Origin: an uncultured Armatimonadetes bacterium
GTDB taxonomy: Bacteria; Armatimonadota; UBA5829; DTJY01
NCBI GenBank assembly: GCA_963717145.1
Contig: OY970325.1
Coordinates: 4,096,001-4,160,000, forward strand
DNA length: 64,000 nt
Direction: 5' to 3'
The position numbers and the translations under genes are program-made. The notes under the pieces are model-generated. The model ran no database searches, was not told the origin of the DNA, and was given only the letters and a program-made list of their open reading frames with translations. Numbering within the stretch: position 1 is the stretch's first letter; every line of letters begins with the position of its first letter. This document shows positions 9,934 to 19,226 of the stretch, one piece after another.

Positions 9934-10988
9934 ACCAACTCCCATTCCCTCAGCCAATGGTAATCCGGCGGCAACTCCGCGAGCATTTCCTTCGCGGCTT
10001 CATCGAGCCGGGCCGTCTCCTTGAGATCGAGTTCACGGCGCTCCCGTATGGCGCGGACCGCGTTGTCCACCTGGTGAATGCTGATCAGGCCCGGCATCGG
10101 GGCGGTGATCGCGTCGTTGCTGAGGATGTATCGAAGTGCCAGCCGAGCCAGCTCATCATCACCCGCCGTGCTCGCACCTCCCGCACCCGCGCCGTCCTTG
10201 AAGAGCGATCCGCTGGAGAACGGCTTGATGCCCAGGATTCCGACCTTGTGCTTCCTGGCGGCATCGAAGAGACTGTCGGTCGGCTTCTCCCTGCTGGCGG
10301 CGGTGTACGGCGTGAGGACGACGCTGAACCGGCGGTACCGCTCGATCACGTGCTTGAGCCATTCCCTGCTGTGGGATGAGACGCCGAGGAACCGCGCCTT
10401 GCCCTGGACGTGCGCCCTGTTGAACGCCTCGACCATCTCCGCAATCTCGCGATCGGTGTTCTCTCCCTGCATGGCGGCGCTGATCCTCCACACATCCACG
10501 TATTCGAGCCCGGACTCCTTGAGCCCCTGGTCGAGCCCCTGGAGGAGCTTGTCTGCCGTGCGCCATTCCTCGAAGCGGGGTTCGCGCTCGTACCAGGAGT
10601 AGCCGAAGTACATCTTGTCCCGCCGTCCCTTGAGCGCCTTCGCGTAGGTGAGGATCTCGCCGCCCGAGCATGCGTCCACATAGTTGATGCCGACGTCGAT
10701 GCAGCGGCTGACTATGTCGTATCGGTTCTTGTCCAGTTCCTCGATGCCCGAGTTGTCGCGGTCCCAGCCCGAGCCGGCGATCAGGCGCTTCCAGTGGCCT
10801 CCGAGCGCGATCGCGGAGATCATCAGCCCGGTCCTACCGAGGGGCCGATACTCCATGTTCTCATTGTAGTTGAGCGGCTTGGGCTTCTCGGCAGCCCCGT
10901 ATGCCGTGCTGACTCCGGCCGCCACTCCTGCTGCGGTGAGAGTCGCATTGCGGATGAATTCGCGACGTGTGATGCGCTTGCCGTTCAT
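9930..10988 (-). CDS. Tat-exported aldo/keto reductase
   Basis: TRREFIR signal; MEYRPLGRTGLMISAIALGG, GINYVD, GVSSH. Confidence 0.88.
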   Translation of the reverse strand: MNGKRITRREFIRNATLTAAGVAAGVSTAYGAAEKPKPLNYNENMEYRPLGRTGLMISAIALGGHWKRLIAGSGWDRDNSGIEELDKNRYDIVSRCIDVGINYVDACSGGEILTYAKALKGRRDKMYFGYSWYEREPRFEEWRTADKLLQGLDQGLKESGLEYVDVWRISAAMQGENTDREIAEMVEAFNRAHVQGKARFLGVSSHSREWLKHVIERYRRFSVVLTPYTAASREKPTDSLFDAARKHKVGILGIKPFSSGSLFKDGAGAGGASTAGDDELARLALRYILSNDAITAPMPGLISIHQVDNAVRAIRERRELDLKETARLDEAAKEMLAELPPDYHWLREWELV

Positions 10989-11056
10989 AGACCACACCTT
11001 CCTGTCCTCGGTGACCTACTTCTATCTACCACGAGACTGCGCCAGAGTCCTGCAGG

Positions 11057-11818
11057 TCAGCCCTCGAACCGCCCGAAATGGACGCGAGTGTCGTACTCGA
11101 ACCGCACTTGGCCGTCGGTCTGGTATCGCTCGAAGATGCGCCTCAACTCAGACATCATCGGCTCGTGTCCGGGCTGACCCGACTCAGGCGCGTAGGACGA
11201 GGAGAGCAGCCGTCCCTTGAGCCCCTCGAAATCGAATGCCTGCTCATATTCGACGGTTCGGACCCGGAAGGTGCTCGGAGAGAAGAACTCCCCGATGACT
11301 CCAGCGTCGATGTCCCGATGGTCGGCCACCTTGTACTCCGGGGAGTGGGCCTCGAGCATCCGCTGGTAGGCGTCGAGGAACGGGAGACCTTTCCGGTGCT
11401 CGTTCCACATCAGGACGACCCATCCGCCGGGCTTGAGGATGCGGCGGAACTCCTGCTTCGTCCTCGCGCGGTCGAACCAGTGGAACGCCTGGCCCGCGAC
11501 CACCATCTCGACGGAGGCGTCGGGGAGCGTGGTGTCCTCCGCCGTGCCATCTATGCTGGTGAAGTCGGGATAGCCCGCGAGAAGGGACTCGGCGGCCTCG
11601 CGCATCGGCCCGTTCGGCTCGACGCCGAACGTCGGGTTGCCGTTTGCCAGGAACAGCTCGGTCGAGAATCCGGTCCCGGACCCGATGTCGGCGATCGTCC
11701 ACTCGGGCAGCAGCCCGCATTCCTCCCTCAGGATCTCGACGACCGCCTGCGGGTACCGTGGGCGATACTTCACGTAGTTCTCGACGCGGCTTGAGAATCG
11801 TTCGGTTGATTCCAGCAT
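11057..11818 (-). CDS. Class I SAM-dependent methyltransferase
   Basis: IADIGSGTG, AGQAFHWFD. Confidence 0.9.
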   Translation of the reverse strand: MLESTERFSSRVENYVKYRPRYPQAVVEILREECGLLPEWTIADIGSGTGFSTELFLANGNPTFGVEPNGPMREAAESLLAGYPDFTSIDGTAEDTTLPDASVEMVVAGQAFHWFDRARTKQEFRRILKPGGWVVLMWNEHRKGLPFLDAYQRMLEAHSPEYKVADHRDIDAGVIGEFFSPSTFRVRTVEYEQAFDFEGLKGRLLSSSYAPESGQPGHEPMMSELRRIFERYQTDGQVRFEYDTRVHFGRFEG

Positions 11819-11821
11819 CCG

Positions 11822-12229
11822 TTACTCCAGCCCATCCTGCGAGCGGGAGGCGGCTTCCTGCTTCATCCTGCGGGCGATGCTACGTCCACCGAGTATGTAG
11901 CAAACGACCCCAGCCGCCAGGAGTAGGGGAAAGATCGACCACCAGGGCAGCAGGTCAAGGATGGTGGGCAACACGGCCAGGCCCAGCGCCCATCCGGAAT
12001 TCCGCAAGACCGGGGCATAAGCGGCTTCGTCGGCAGGCGACTCCCGCCTCTTCAGAATCGTGAGTCCTGTGAAGATCATGAAGAACCCGATGCAGCGAAC
12101 GGCTGTCTCCTGCCACGATGGCAGATGGTCCAGCCAATCGTCAAACCGTATGCCGATCACGAGCGGCATCATCCACAGCATGTGGGGCCATATATCGTGC
12201 CAGGTGATCTTGAAACCATTCCGTGACAT
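11822..12229 (-). CDS. Hypothetical membrane protein
   Basis: Four hydrophobic segments; RBS GGAGG before ATG 12229. Confidence 0.65.
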   Translation of the reverse strand: MSRNGFKITWHDIWPHMLWMMPLVIGIRFDDWLDHLPSWQETAVRCIGFFMIFTGLTILKRRESPADEAAYAPVLRNSGWALGLAVLPTILDLLPWWSIFPLLLAAGVVCYILGGRSIARRMKQEAASRSQDGLE

Positions 12230-12274
12230 ATCGCTACCTCCAGAACGCGCAACTCCGGCAGGAGGCCTCGCCAT

Positions 12275-12646
12275 CTATGGTGAAGCCGAACTCCTGCGAC
12301 GGAACGGGTTCACCATGATCATCATGGCAAGGGTCACAACAGGGAATGAGAGCCAAGCCCATATCGGCCACACGCTCCTATGGTGGATCACGACGTACCA
12401 CGTACCTGCGAGGATCAACATAGGAATGATCGCCCAGGGGCTCTCTTCCGTGCCTCCCTTGCGCACAAAGGCCAGACTGAACCCCATAGCAACGATCACC
12501 ACGCCAGACAGCACGGCTGCCTGGTAGTACCAAAGCACCTCATCCAGTCTCTCGGACAGTTCTCTTGGAGCTGCCAGGGCAAAGAGAGATACGATGGTGT
12601 AGAGCAGAAAACTCGCGACACTACGTGCTTTCTCAGGCAGCTTCAT
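12275..12646 (-). CDS. Hypothetical membrane protein
   Basis: Four hydrophobic segments; RBS GGGAGG before ATG 12646. Confidence 0.65.
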   Translation of the reverse strand: MKLPEKARSVASFLLYTIVSLFALAAPRELSERLDEVLWYYQAAVLSGVVIVAMGFSLAFVRKGGTEESPWAIIPMLILAGTWYVVIHHRSVWPIWAWLSFPVVTLAMMIMVNPFRRRSSASP

Positions 12647-12736
12647 GCTCAGCCTCCCTCGTCCGGGTCCGGGCGCTCGGACTATATGGACATAATAGCC
12701 CACATTGCATCGATGCACAAGGGTTCATGCGATGCG

Positions 12737-14169
12737 GGGTGGAATTCCTCAGAGTGGGTAGAGCACGGCTCAGGCGGCACGTGCTGCGTGCTCGATCCGA
12801 GCCAGTTCGCCGCTTAGGAGGGCAGTTCTCACCGCGAGCACTGCATCTGCGCCGTCCTTCGTCCATCGCATCCCGGCTTGCTTTAACCTCTGGCCTACTA
12901 TCACCTTGCACGCCGCTTCCACCGGACCGCTGCCTATCATCATCCCCTTGGCCCTGTATGCCGGGTAGTTCATGTACTTGCGGTACTTTCTGAAGTAGCC
13001 TGTCTCGATCCGAAGCGCTTCCCTCTCAGAATCGTTTCGTGCTCTGCGCCGCTTCATGGCTCTAAGCAGACTCCCCGGCCCCTTCTCTTTAAGCTTCCGG
13101 CAGTGTTCGTTTGCCCAGCGCTTCCCTTTGGGATTCCCCTCTCCGTAGAGTGTCCGCGCCAAGCCGTATATGTGCTCACAGGCATGCCAGTAGTCGATGA
13201 TCTTGATGCTCTCCGGCAGATGATTCCTGACCTCTCTCCATATCCAGTCTGCGCCGTCGGCGATCACTATACGCTCTTTTGCCCCGTCATAGCCGGCTTG
13301 CAGTGCTCTGGTGTATACCCGTCTCCCGAACTCGTCGCTCGTCTCTTGCGCCGCTATGTAGCGCGAGTTGGTGACGGTATCCGTGTCTTTGCCTGCAGCC
13401 GGAACGCCTTCGTATACCACCATGGTCTTGATGTCATGCCACTGGCCATCGGTGTGCGCTTTGGCCGCGTCTATGCCAATGTAGAGCCTCTGTGGCGTCG
13501 CCTCGCAGGAGACCTCTTCACCTGTGTCTACCACAGAGATGATCGCTTCCTGCTCCTCTCGGCGGAGGCATTCCCCAACATCCCGGACTATCTCTTCTTC
13601 GCTGCTCTCTTCGATCGCAATACCCGTGGTTCGCTCGATCAGCCTTGCGGCTGCTTCATATGGAAGCGCGGCGCAGATCGAGGCGGTGAGTTCCTTCACT
13701 CTGGCGGTCCATACTCTCTCGGACAGCCCCTGCTCGCGGTCCCATGGAATGTAGCCCCGCCTGCAATGGTCGCAACGGTAGTATGACCTCTCGACCTCTA
13801 TGTCTCCGTGCAAAGTCCGAATGAAGCGTTTCCGGTATCCCTTGAACCTGGCCAGTCTGCCGCATTCGCATTCTATCCCAACACCCTTGTAGGTGGGCTT
13901 TCCGCTCATCTTGGCGGCAACCTCACTCATCATTGCGCCGGCAATCTGACGCGCCAGGATCTGAATACGCTCCTCGGCTGACCCTAAGTCCGTGCAATCG
14001 ATGTAGCTGCGCGCAAAGTCGCGAGCGGCCTGAAGGAGGGAGTCTGTGTGCAAAAGTGTAAGCATTCTCTGGGAGTCTCCTTTCGGAATGTTTGTCCTTC
14101 AACAAACCGTTACCGACTATTACAGGAGACTCCTTCCTTACTTGCTACCCACTCAACGCGAATGCACCC
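12737..14169 (-). mobile_element. ISKra4-family (p-MULE) insertion sequence
   Basis: Imperfect IRs GGGTGGAATTCCTCAGAGTGGGTAG / GGGTGCATTCGCGTTGAGTGGGTAG; 9-bp target duplication TGCGATGCG at 12728-12736 and 14170-14178. Confidence 0.9.
12770..14065 (-). CDS. ISKra4/UPF0236 transposase
   Basis: IADGADWI, IIDYWHACEHI, IGSGPVEAACK...RLK..GMRW. Confidence 0.93.
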   Translation of the reverse strand: MLTLLHTDSLLQAARDFARSYIDCTDLGSAEERIQILARQIAGAMMSEVAAKMSGKPTYKGVGIECECGRLARFKGYRKRFIRTLHGDIEVERSYYRCDHCRRGYIPWDREQGLSERVWTARVKELTASICAALPYEAAARLIERTTGIAIEESSEEEIVRDVGECLRREEQEAIISVVDTGEEVSCEATPQRLYIGIDAAKAHTDGQWHDIKTMVVYEGVPAAGKDTDTVTNSRYIAAQETSDEFGRRVYTRALQAGYDGAKERIVIADGADWIWREVRNHLPESIKIIDYWHACEHIYGLARTLYGEGNPKGKRWANEHCRKLKEKGPGSLLRAMKRRRARNDSEREALRIETGYFRKYRKYMNYPAYRAKGMMIGSGPVEAACKVIVGQRLKQAGMRWTKDGADAVLAVRTALLSGELARIEHAARAA

Positions 14170-14227
14170 TGCGATGCGTTTGCGGCGGAAGGGGCTGACA
14201 AAGCACATTCTATGGTACAATGTCATC

Positions 14228-14350
14228 GAGAATGGCCTGGTTCCCGAACTGTCACCGTGAGGTGCGCGTGTCCGCCGTTGGCGGAATAGGGGCCGGGCCG
14301 AACCTTTCCGGGGGGCCGGCTTCAGGCATGAGGCCGGCCTTATTCATTTT
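14228..14350 (+). ncRNA. Candidate stand-alone structured RNA (three-way junction plus terminator)
   Basis: Extended -10 TGGTACAAT (14213-14221); stem 14234-14244/14289-14299 enclosing hairpins 14253-14264 and 14271-14285; terminator 14314-14350. Confidence 0.5.
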
Positions 14351-14361
14351 CTACCCGGTTT

Positions 14362-14391
14362 TTGACCGCCTGGCTGGTGCAATGCTATAAT
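14362..14391 (+). promoter_or_regulatory. Sigma70-type promoter of the Gfo/Idh/MocA gene
   Basis: TTGACC-N18-TATAAT with extended TG. Confidence 0.65.
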
Positions 14392-14442
14392 CCCCCCGGA
14401 CCGCCCGCTGGTTGAAACTGCGGATCCGGGTAAGAGAACGCT

Positions 14443-15459
14443 ATGGACAAGCTGAGAATCGCCATGATCGGAGCGGGTGACTGCGCATCGGCCGCGCACA
14501 TGCCGTCGTTCGCCGGGAACCCGAAGGTGGAGGTCGTCGCAATCGCGGACCCGGATGCCCAAGCCGCGCAGTCCCTCGCCGAGAGATTCTCTATCGACAG
14601 GGCGGTGGGTGACTACCACGAGTTGCTCCAGGACGGATCGATCTCGGCCGTTGACATCTGCGCGCCGCACGACCTGCATCACCCGATCACGATGGACGCC
14701 CTGAACGCCGGGAAGCATGTCATCCTCGACAAGCCGATCGCCATGAACCTCGAGGAGGCCGACGCCATGATCTCGGCGGCTCGGGATGCCGGGCTGAAGC
14801 TGCTCGTCGTGCTGAACCAGCGGTTCCTCCCGGCGCATCGGAAGATCAGGGAGATGATCGAGGGCGGCCACATGGGGAAGCCGTTCCTCATGAACGCGAT
14901 CCTCGCCGGCGACGTGCTCGCGCGCATGAACGATCCGCACGATTGGAAGGGCGCATCGGACCGATCGGGCGGCGCGTTCTTCGACACCGGCACTCATATC
15001 GTCGACTTGATGCACTACTGGTTCGGGCCGCCGACCGCCGTGAGCGCGACCCTCAGGCGGTTGGTCGTGACCCCGGACAACAAGGGCGACGACAACGCGG
15101 CCGTGACGTTCGAATATGACGGTATGATCGCGAACGTGATCGTCTCGTACACGATGAACAACGAGCCGTGGAGCGAAAAGAAGTTCATCTACGGCACGGG
15201 CGGCGACATCGCGATGATCAGCGAGGCCGTCGTGCCGATGTTCTACGTCCACGACAACGTGCCGGAGATGGTCGATGTCGAGCATCGAGACGACTGGTGG
15301 AGCTGGTCGATCGACCTCGCGCTCGGGCATTTCGTGGACTGCATACTGGAGGGCGCCGAGCCGCTCGTCACCGCCGAGGACGCCCGCGCCGCCCTGAAGT
15401 CGATCCTGGCGGCATATCGGAGCGCCGGAGAAGGACGACGGGAGATGGTTAATGGCTGA
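14443..15459 (+). CDS. Gfo/Idh/MocA family oxidoreductase
   Basis: IAMIGAG, GKHVILDKP, GGAFFDTGTH. Confidence 0.93.
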   Translation: MDKLRIAMIGAGDCASAAHMPSFAGNPKVEVVAIADPDAQAAQSLAERFSIDRAVGDYHELLQDGSISAVDICAPHDLHHPITMDALNAGKHVILDKPIAMNLEEADAMISAARDAGLKLLVVLNQRFLPAHRKIREMIEGGHMGKPFLMNAILAGDVLARMNDPHDWKGASDRSGGAFFDTGTHIVDLMHYWFGPPTAVSATLRRLVVTPDNKGDDNAAVTFEYDGMIANVIVSYTMNNEPWSEKKFIYGTGGDIAMISEAVVPMFYVHDNVPEMVDVEHRDDWWSWSIDLALGHFVDCILEGAEPLVTAEDARAALKSILAAYRSAGEGRREMVNG

Positions 15460-15523
15460 TGGTTAATGGTTAATGGCAGACGGACCTGCATCCCCCATCA
15501 ACCATTCCCCATTAACCATCAAC
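15444..15523. repeat. GATGGTT/AACCATC heptamer array, interrupted by IS481 and continuing at 16596-16619
   Basis: Same family at about 22064-22130, 27110-27135, 28163-28220, 47097-47201 and 49002-49030. Confidence 0.85.
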
Positions 15524-16595
15524 TGTCAAGTCCCACCACGTTGTGAACGGTAGTTCAGTAAGTCGGTAGGCTCTTTGATAAACAGATCTGGTCTTTGCGC
15601 GTACCAGTCGCAGACCTTCTCATAGGGTGTCTTGCCACCGATCGCGCTGTGCTGTCTCCTTAGATTGTAGATGGTCAGCCACTGGTGGAGTCCATCTATC
15701 AACTCCGGATATCCAGGATATCTGTGCATCTTGTACGTGCCCTCCTGGATCAGTCCGTTCATGCGTTCCACCAGACCGTTGGTCTTTGGTGTATACGGCC
15801 GGGTGAGCCTGTGTTCAATACCACAGGCTGAGCATACTTCATCAAAGAAGTGAGGTCTCTTCGCCGGACTGCCCCAACGGCTCCAATTGGCCAGAGTGAA
15901 CTCTCTACCGTTGTCTGTCAGGATCTTGTGGATCATGAACGGATAGAACCACATGCACAGTCCAAGGAAGCCCACTGCGGATTCCTTGGTTAGGTTGTCG
16001 TACACCTGGAGGAAGGCTAGCCTTGTTGCTCTGTCTACCGCAACGAAGCAATACTTCCTCTTGCCCCCGATCTTGGGCAGGTAGAAACAGTCTATGTGAA
16101 GGTATCCAGGCAGATACTCTTTGAACTTGCCTGGACTTTCTCTCTTTTCTTTTTGGTACTGGGGGAGTCTGCTCACCCCTTTTCTGCTCAGTAAGCGATG
16201 TATACTGGCGCGTTCTGCATTCGGCAGAACTGTGACTACTGCACGCACCAGTGCATCGAGTGCTAGACCTTTGTCCCGGAGCGAGAGGATGATCTCCTCC
16301 TCTTCGGGGCTGAATGCATAATGGATCTTCCTGGGCCGACTGCTGCGGTCTTGCTGGTCACCCCGGGCCTTCCATTTGCAGACTGTTGCCGGCGATACAT
16401 GGCAGATATCTGCGAGCTTTCTGCAGCTCTTGGGACTCTGCCTGAAAAACCGCCGTTGCTTCATATTGCTGGTTGCGTTAGAATGGATCTGCATGCGAGT
16501 GGTCTCCTTTTTTGGTTTGGCGATCATCAAAGAGACTACCGCATGCACCTCCTTCTTTTCAACCCACGGTGTTCATAATGTCATGAGACTGGACA
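15524..16595 (-). mobile_element. IS481-family element
   Basis: TGT...ACA ends; IRs tgtcaagtcccaccacgttgtgaac / tgtccagtctcatgacattatgaac; 6-bp target duplication ATCAAC (15518-15523, 16596-16601). Confidence 0.92.
15526..16494 (-). CDS. IS481 transposase
   Basis: PGYLHID, ILTDNGREF, TRPYTPKTNGLVERMN. Confidence 0.93.
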   Translation of the reverse strand: MQIHSNATSNMKQRRFFRQSPKSCRKLADICHVSPATVCKWKARGDQQDRSSRPRKIHYAFSPEEEEIILSLRDKGLALDALVRAVVTVLPNAERASIHRLLSRKGVSRLPQYQKEKRESPGKFKEYLPGYLHIDCFYLPKIGGKRKYCFVAVDRATRLAFLQVYDNLTKESAVGFLGLCMWFYPFMIHKILTDNGREFTLANWSRWGSPAKRPHFFDEVCSACGIEHRLTRPYTPKTNGLVERMNGLIQEGTYKMHRYPGYPELIDGLHQWLTIYNLRRQHSAIGGKTPYEKVCDWYAQRPDLFIKEPTDLLNYRSQRGGT

Positions 16596-16634
16596 ATCAA
16601 CCATCGACCATTAACCATTCTGCAAGGAGACACC

Positions 16635-17270
16635 ATGGACTATCTATCCGCAATCGCCGATGACATCCGCGCTGAGCTGGATGCAAAGAACGCCGCGCGC
16701 GACAAGGCGCTGGTCACATCCCGTGAAGCGATCCGATTCTGCGCCAATTCGATCCGCGCCGTACACCGGGCCGAGTGGGATGAGGCCGCCGAACGGCTCA
16801 ACGAGGCGAAGGTGCGCGTGCTGGCAACCGCCGAGGAGCTGAAGGATTTCCCCGACCTGTACTACGCGGGCTACGTTCAGGACGCCCAGAAGGAGTACAC
16901 CGAGGCATCGACCGTCAACGCGATCATGCACAATCAGCCGGTCCCGAGCCACAAGGACATCGGCGTGGAGTCAGCGCCGTACATGAACGGCCTGGCTGAG
17001 GCGGCGAGCGAGCTGAGGCGTGACGTGCTCGACCTGATCCGGGGCGGCAACATCGGACGCGCCGAGGAGATCCTGAAAGCGATGGACGACCTCTACTACA
17101 TGCTGGTGACGTTCGACTACCCGGACGGGATCACCGGCGGTCTGAGGCGCACTCTCGATCAGGCGCGCGCGGTCCTCGAGCGCACCCGCGGCGACCTCAC
17201 GGTCACGATCCGCCAGCGGGAACTCGAACTCGCGCTCAACAAGGCGATCGAGGTCTTCGAGAAGGGCTAG
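16635..17270 (+). CDS. Translin/TRAX-family protein
   Basis: SREAIR..A..I..VHR, AQKEYTEA, Y..GLAEAASELRR, GLRRTLD.AR..LERTR. Confidence 0.82.
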   Translation: MDYLSAIADDIRAELDAKNAARDKALVTSREAIRFCANSIRAVHRAEWDEAAERLNEAKVRVLATAEELKDFPDLYYAGYVQDAQKEYTEASTVNAIMHNQPVPSHKDIGVESAPYMNGLAEAASELRRDVLDLIRGGNIGRAEEILKAMDDLYYMLVTFDYPDGITGGLRRTLDQARAVLERTRGDLTVTIRQRELELALNKAIEVFEKG

Positions 17271-17294
17271 TGGGCAGTGGGGTTGTCGGAGAAG

Positions 17295-18401
17295 CTATGC
17301 CCTATCATTGCGGATGAACTCGCGATAATGAGCCGCCAGCCAGTAAGCGCGTCCACGCCTGGACGGGTCGGCAATGAGCAGCCATCCGTCGTTGACCCAC
17401 TGCTGCATCAGGACTCTCGCCATCCGGTCCGAGAGCCCTAGAGCTGACGCCACATCGGAGGCTCTGATCACTTCCCGGTCGGCAAACAGCGCCACGACGA
17501 TCCGCGCCCGGTGGTCCAGTCGCCGAAGTTCCTCCGGCTCCGTGGATATGCCTTGACCGGCATACCGCAGGGCTTCCTCCTTCGCAGCCGCGAATACCAT
17601 CGAGAGCGTACTTACGAAGTAGTCCAGCCAGCCTGTGAGATCGGCTTCCGAGCGGCCCATGTAGTAGTTGTGATGCTCGCCGACATCGAGCGCCGAGTAG
17701 TACGCACCCAGATCACGCGCATGGTACTCCTCGAGGCTGAACAACCCGTTCAGGCCGTAGCCTCCCCTGTGGAGTATCAGTGTAGCCAGCAGGCGGGAGG
17801 TTCGCCCGTTGCCGTCGTAATACGGGTGAATGGTAACGAACTGATAGTGAGCCAATCCAGCCAGGATCACGGCCGGCGTCTGCTCCTTCTCGGCTCTGTT
17901 GATCCACTCGGCGAGCTGACTCATCAGGGCAGGCACGTCGTCGGCTTCGGGCGGCATGTAGACGAGTCGCCCGGAGACGGAATCCCGGATGGCATTCTGG
18001 CCGTCTCGGTATGGAAGTGGTTTCGACCGAGGGCCGTTCGTCACGATTGCATGAATCCGCCTGATCGTGTCTTCCGTCACTGGCTTCCCTCTGGCGGCCC
18101 AGTCCTCAACTCGGACGAGCGCATTCCAGTAGTTCCGCACCTCGGCGACGTCTCGCTCCCGTCCTTGGAAGTCCCGACGCCTCTGGGATACTACCTGCTC
18201 AGCCTCCTGGAGGGTGAGTCTGTTGCCCTCGATCATGGTCGAGTAGTGAGTTGACCGCAGCCTTGCCCGTCTCGACAGGTCGGCTGCCACGACCGGTGGC
18301 AGGGGCGTGGACTCGACCACGACACGCGCAGCCTCGACATCCATAAGATTCCGAGCGATTGTCGATGTGATCGTGTACCTGGGTTGCCAGATGGGTCTCA
18401 T
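17295..18401 (-). CDS. Fic-family protein with C-terminal HTH
   Basis: HPYYDGNGRTSR catalytic motif; STMIEGN. Confidence 0.92.
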   Translation of the reverse strand: MRPIWQPRYTITSTIARNLMDVEAARVVVESTPLPPVVAADLSRRARLRSTHYSTMIEGNRLTLQEAEQVVSQRRRDFQGRERDVAEVRNYWNALVRVEDWAARGKPVTEDTIRRIHAIVTNGPRSKPLPYRDGQNAIRDSVSGRLVYMPPEADDVPALMSQLAEWINRAEKEQTPAVILAGLAHYQFVTIHPYYDGNGRTSRLLATLILHRGGYGLNGLFSLEEYHARDLGAYYSALDVGEHHNYYMGRSEADLTGWLDYFVSTLSMVFAAAKEEALRYAGQGISTEPEELRRLDHRARIVVALFADREVIRASDVASALGLSDRMARVLMQQWVNDGWLLIADPSRRGRAYWLAAHYREFIRNDRA

Positions 18402-18534
18402 GGGAACGACTCCATTGCCGATAACGTCACCACGCATTGCCGATAAACTGCCGATAAATCATACCACATTCCGCAACAGATTCCCATTTCCGATGCGTCA
18501 GCGGTCTCGATCGACCGGCTCTACTACGTTCCCG

Positions 18535-19221
18535 TTACTCGCCCGGCAGGCTGCGGCCCATGCTTGTCAGTGCGGTCTTGCAGACTCGTTTGACCTGTTC
18601 TGAGTCGTACTTCGTCGCATGGACGGAGTGGTATTCACGTCGAACGTGCAGTTTCCCGTACTGGGCCGTGCAGTACTGCTCGTAAGAGACGAGTTCGTAC
18701 GCGTGGGCGTAGTCGTCTGCCGCCTCATCCGTGCGGTCCAGTTTGCGGAGGGCTTTCGCTCGGTAGTAGAACAAGAGCACGGCATCCCGGTCGTGACGCT
18801 GCAGTTGGTAGAGTGCTTCAGAGGTCGGAGCTTTGGGGCCTTCGTCTGTTTTCCACGGAACGCGTCCGATAGCGATGTCCGGATTCTCCCAGGGATAGCC
18901 GCGGATGTTGATTCCCTTGCCGGTTCCAATCCACGGATCGGTGGCCACCTCGAGTGGATGATTCACCGCTATGCTGTCGAAGCAATCCACGCCCTCCAAA
19001 GCATCGAGCATTTCACCGCACTGCGACACTGCGGACTCATACTTGCCGGCGCTGATGTCGGCCGTTATCGTCGAAATGGTGGCGGGCTTGGACGGCTCTG
19101 GTGCAGGCTTGTTCACCTGGCTGGATGTTGATGAAGGCGTTCCGACCGGTTTTGAACAGCCGACAAATACAAGCGAGAACACGACCAACACAACCCATAA
19201 GCACGATCTGATCATGTGCAA
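18535..19221 (-). CDS. Putative lipoprotein with a TPR-like region
   Basis: Lipobox FVGC; YYRAKALRKLDRTDEAADDY. Confidence 0.6.
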   Translation of the reverse strand: MHMIRSCLWVVLVVFSLVFVGCSKPVGTPSSTSSQVNKPAPEPSKPATISTITADISAGKYESAVSQCGEMLDALEGVDCFDSIAVNHPLEVATDPWIGTGKGINIRGYPWENPDIAIGRVPWKTDEGPKAPTSEALYQLQRHDRDAVLLFYYRAKALRKLDRTDEAADDYAHAYELVSYEQYCTAQYGKLHVRREYHSVHATKYDSEQVKRVCKTALTSMGRSLPGE

Positions 19222-19226
19222 CCTTC

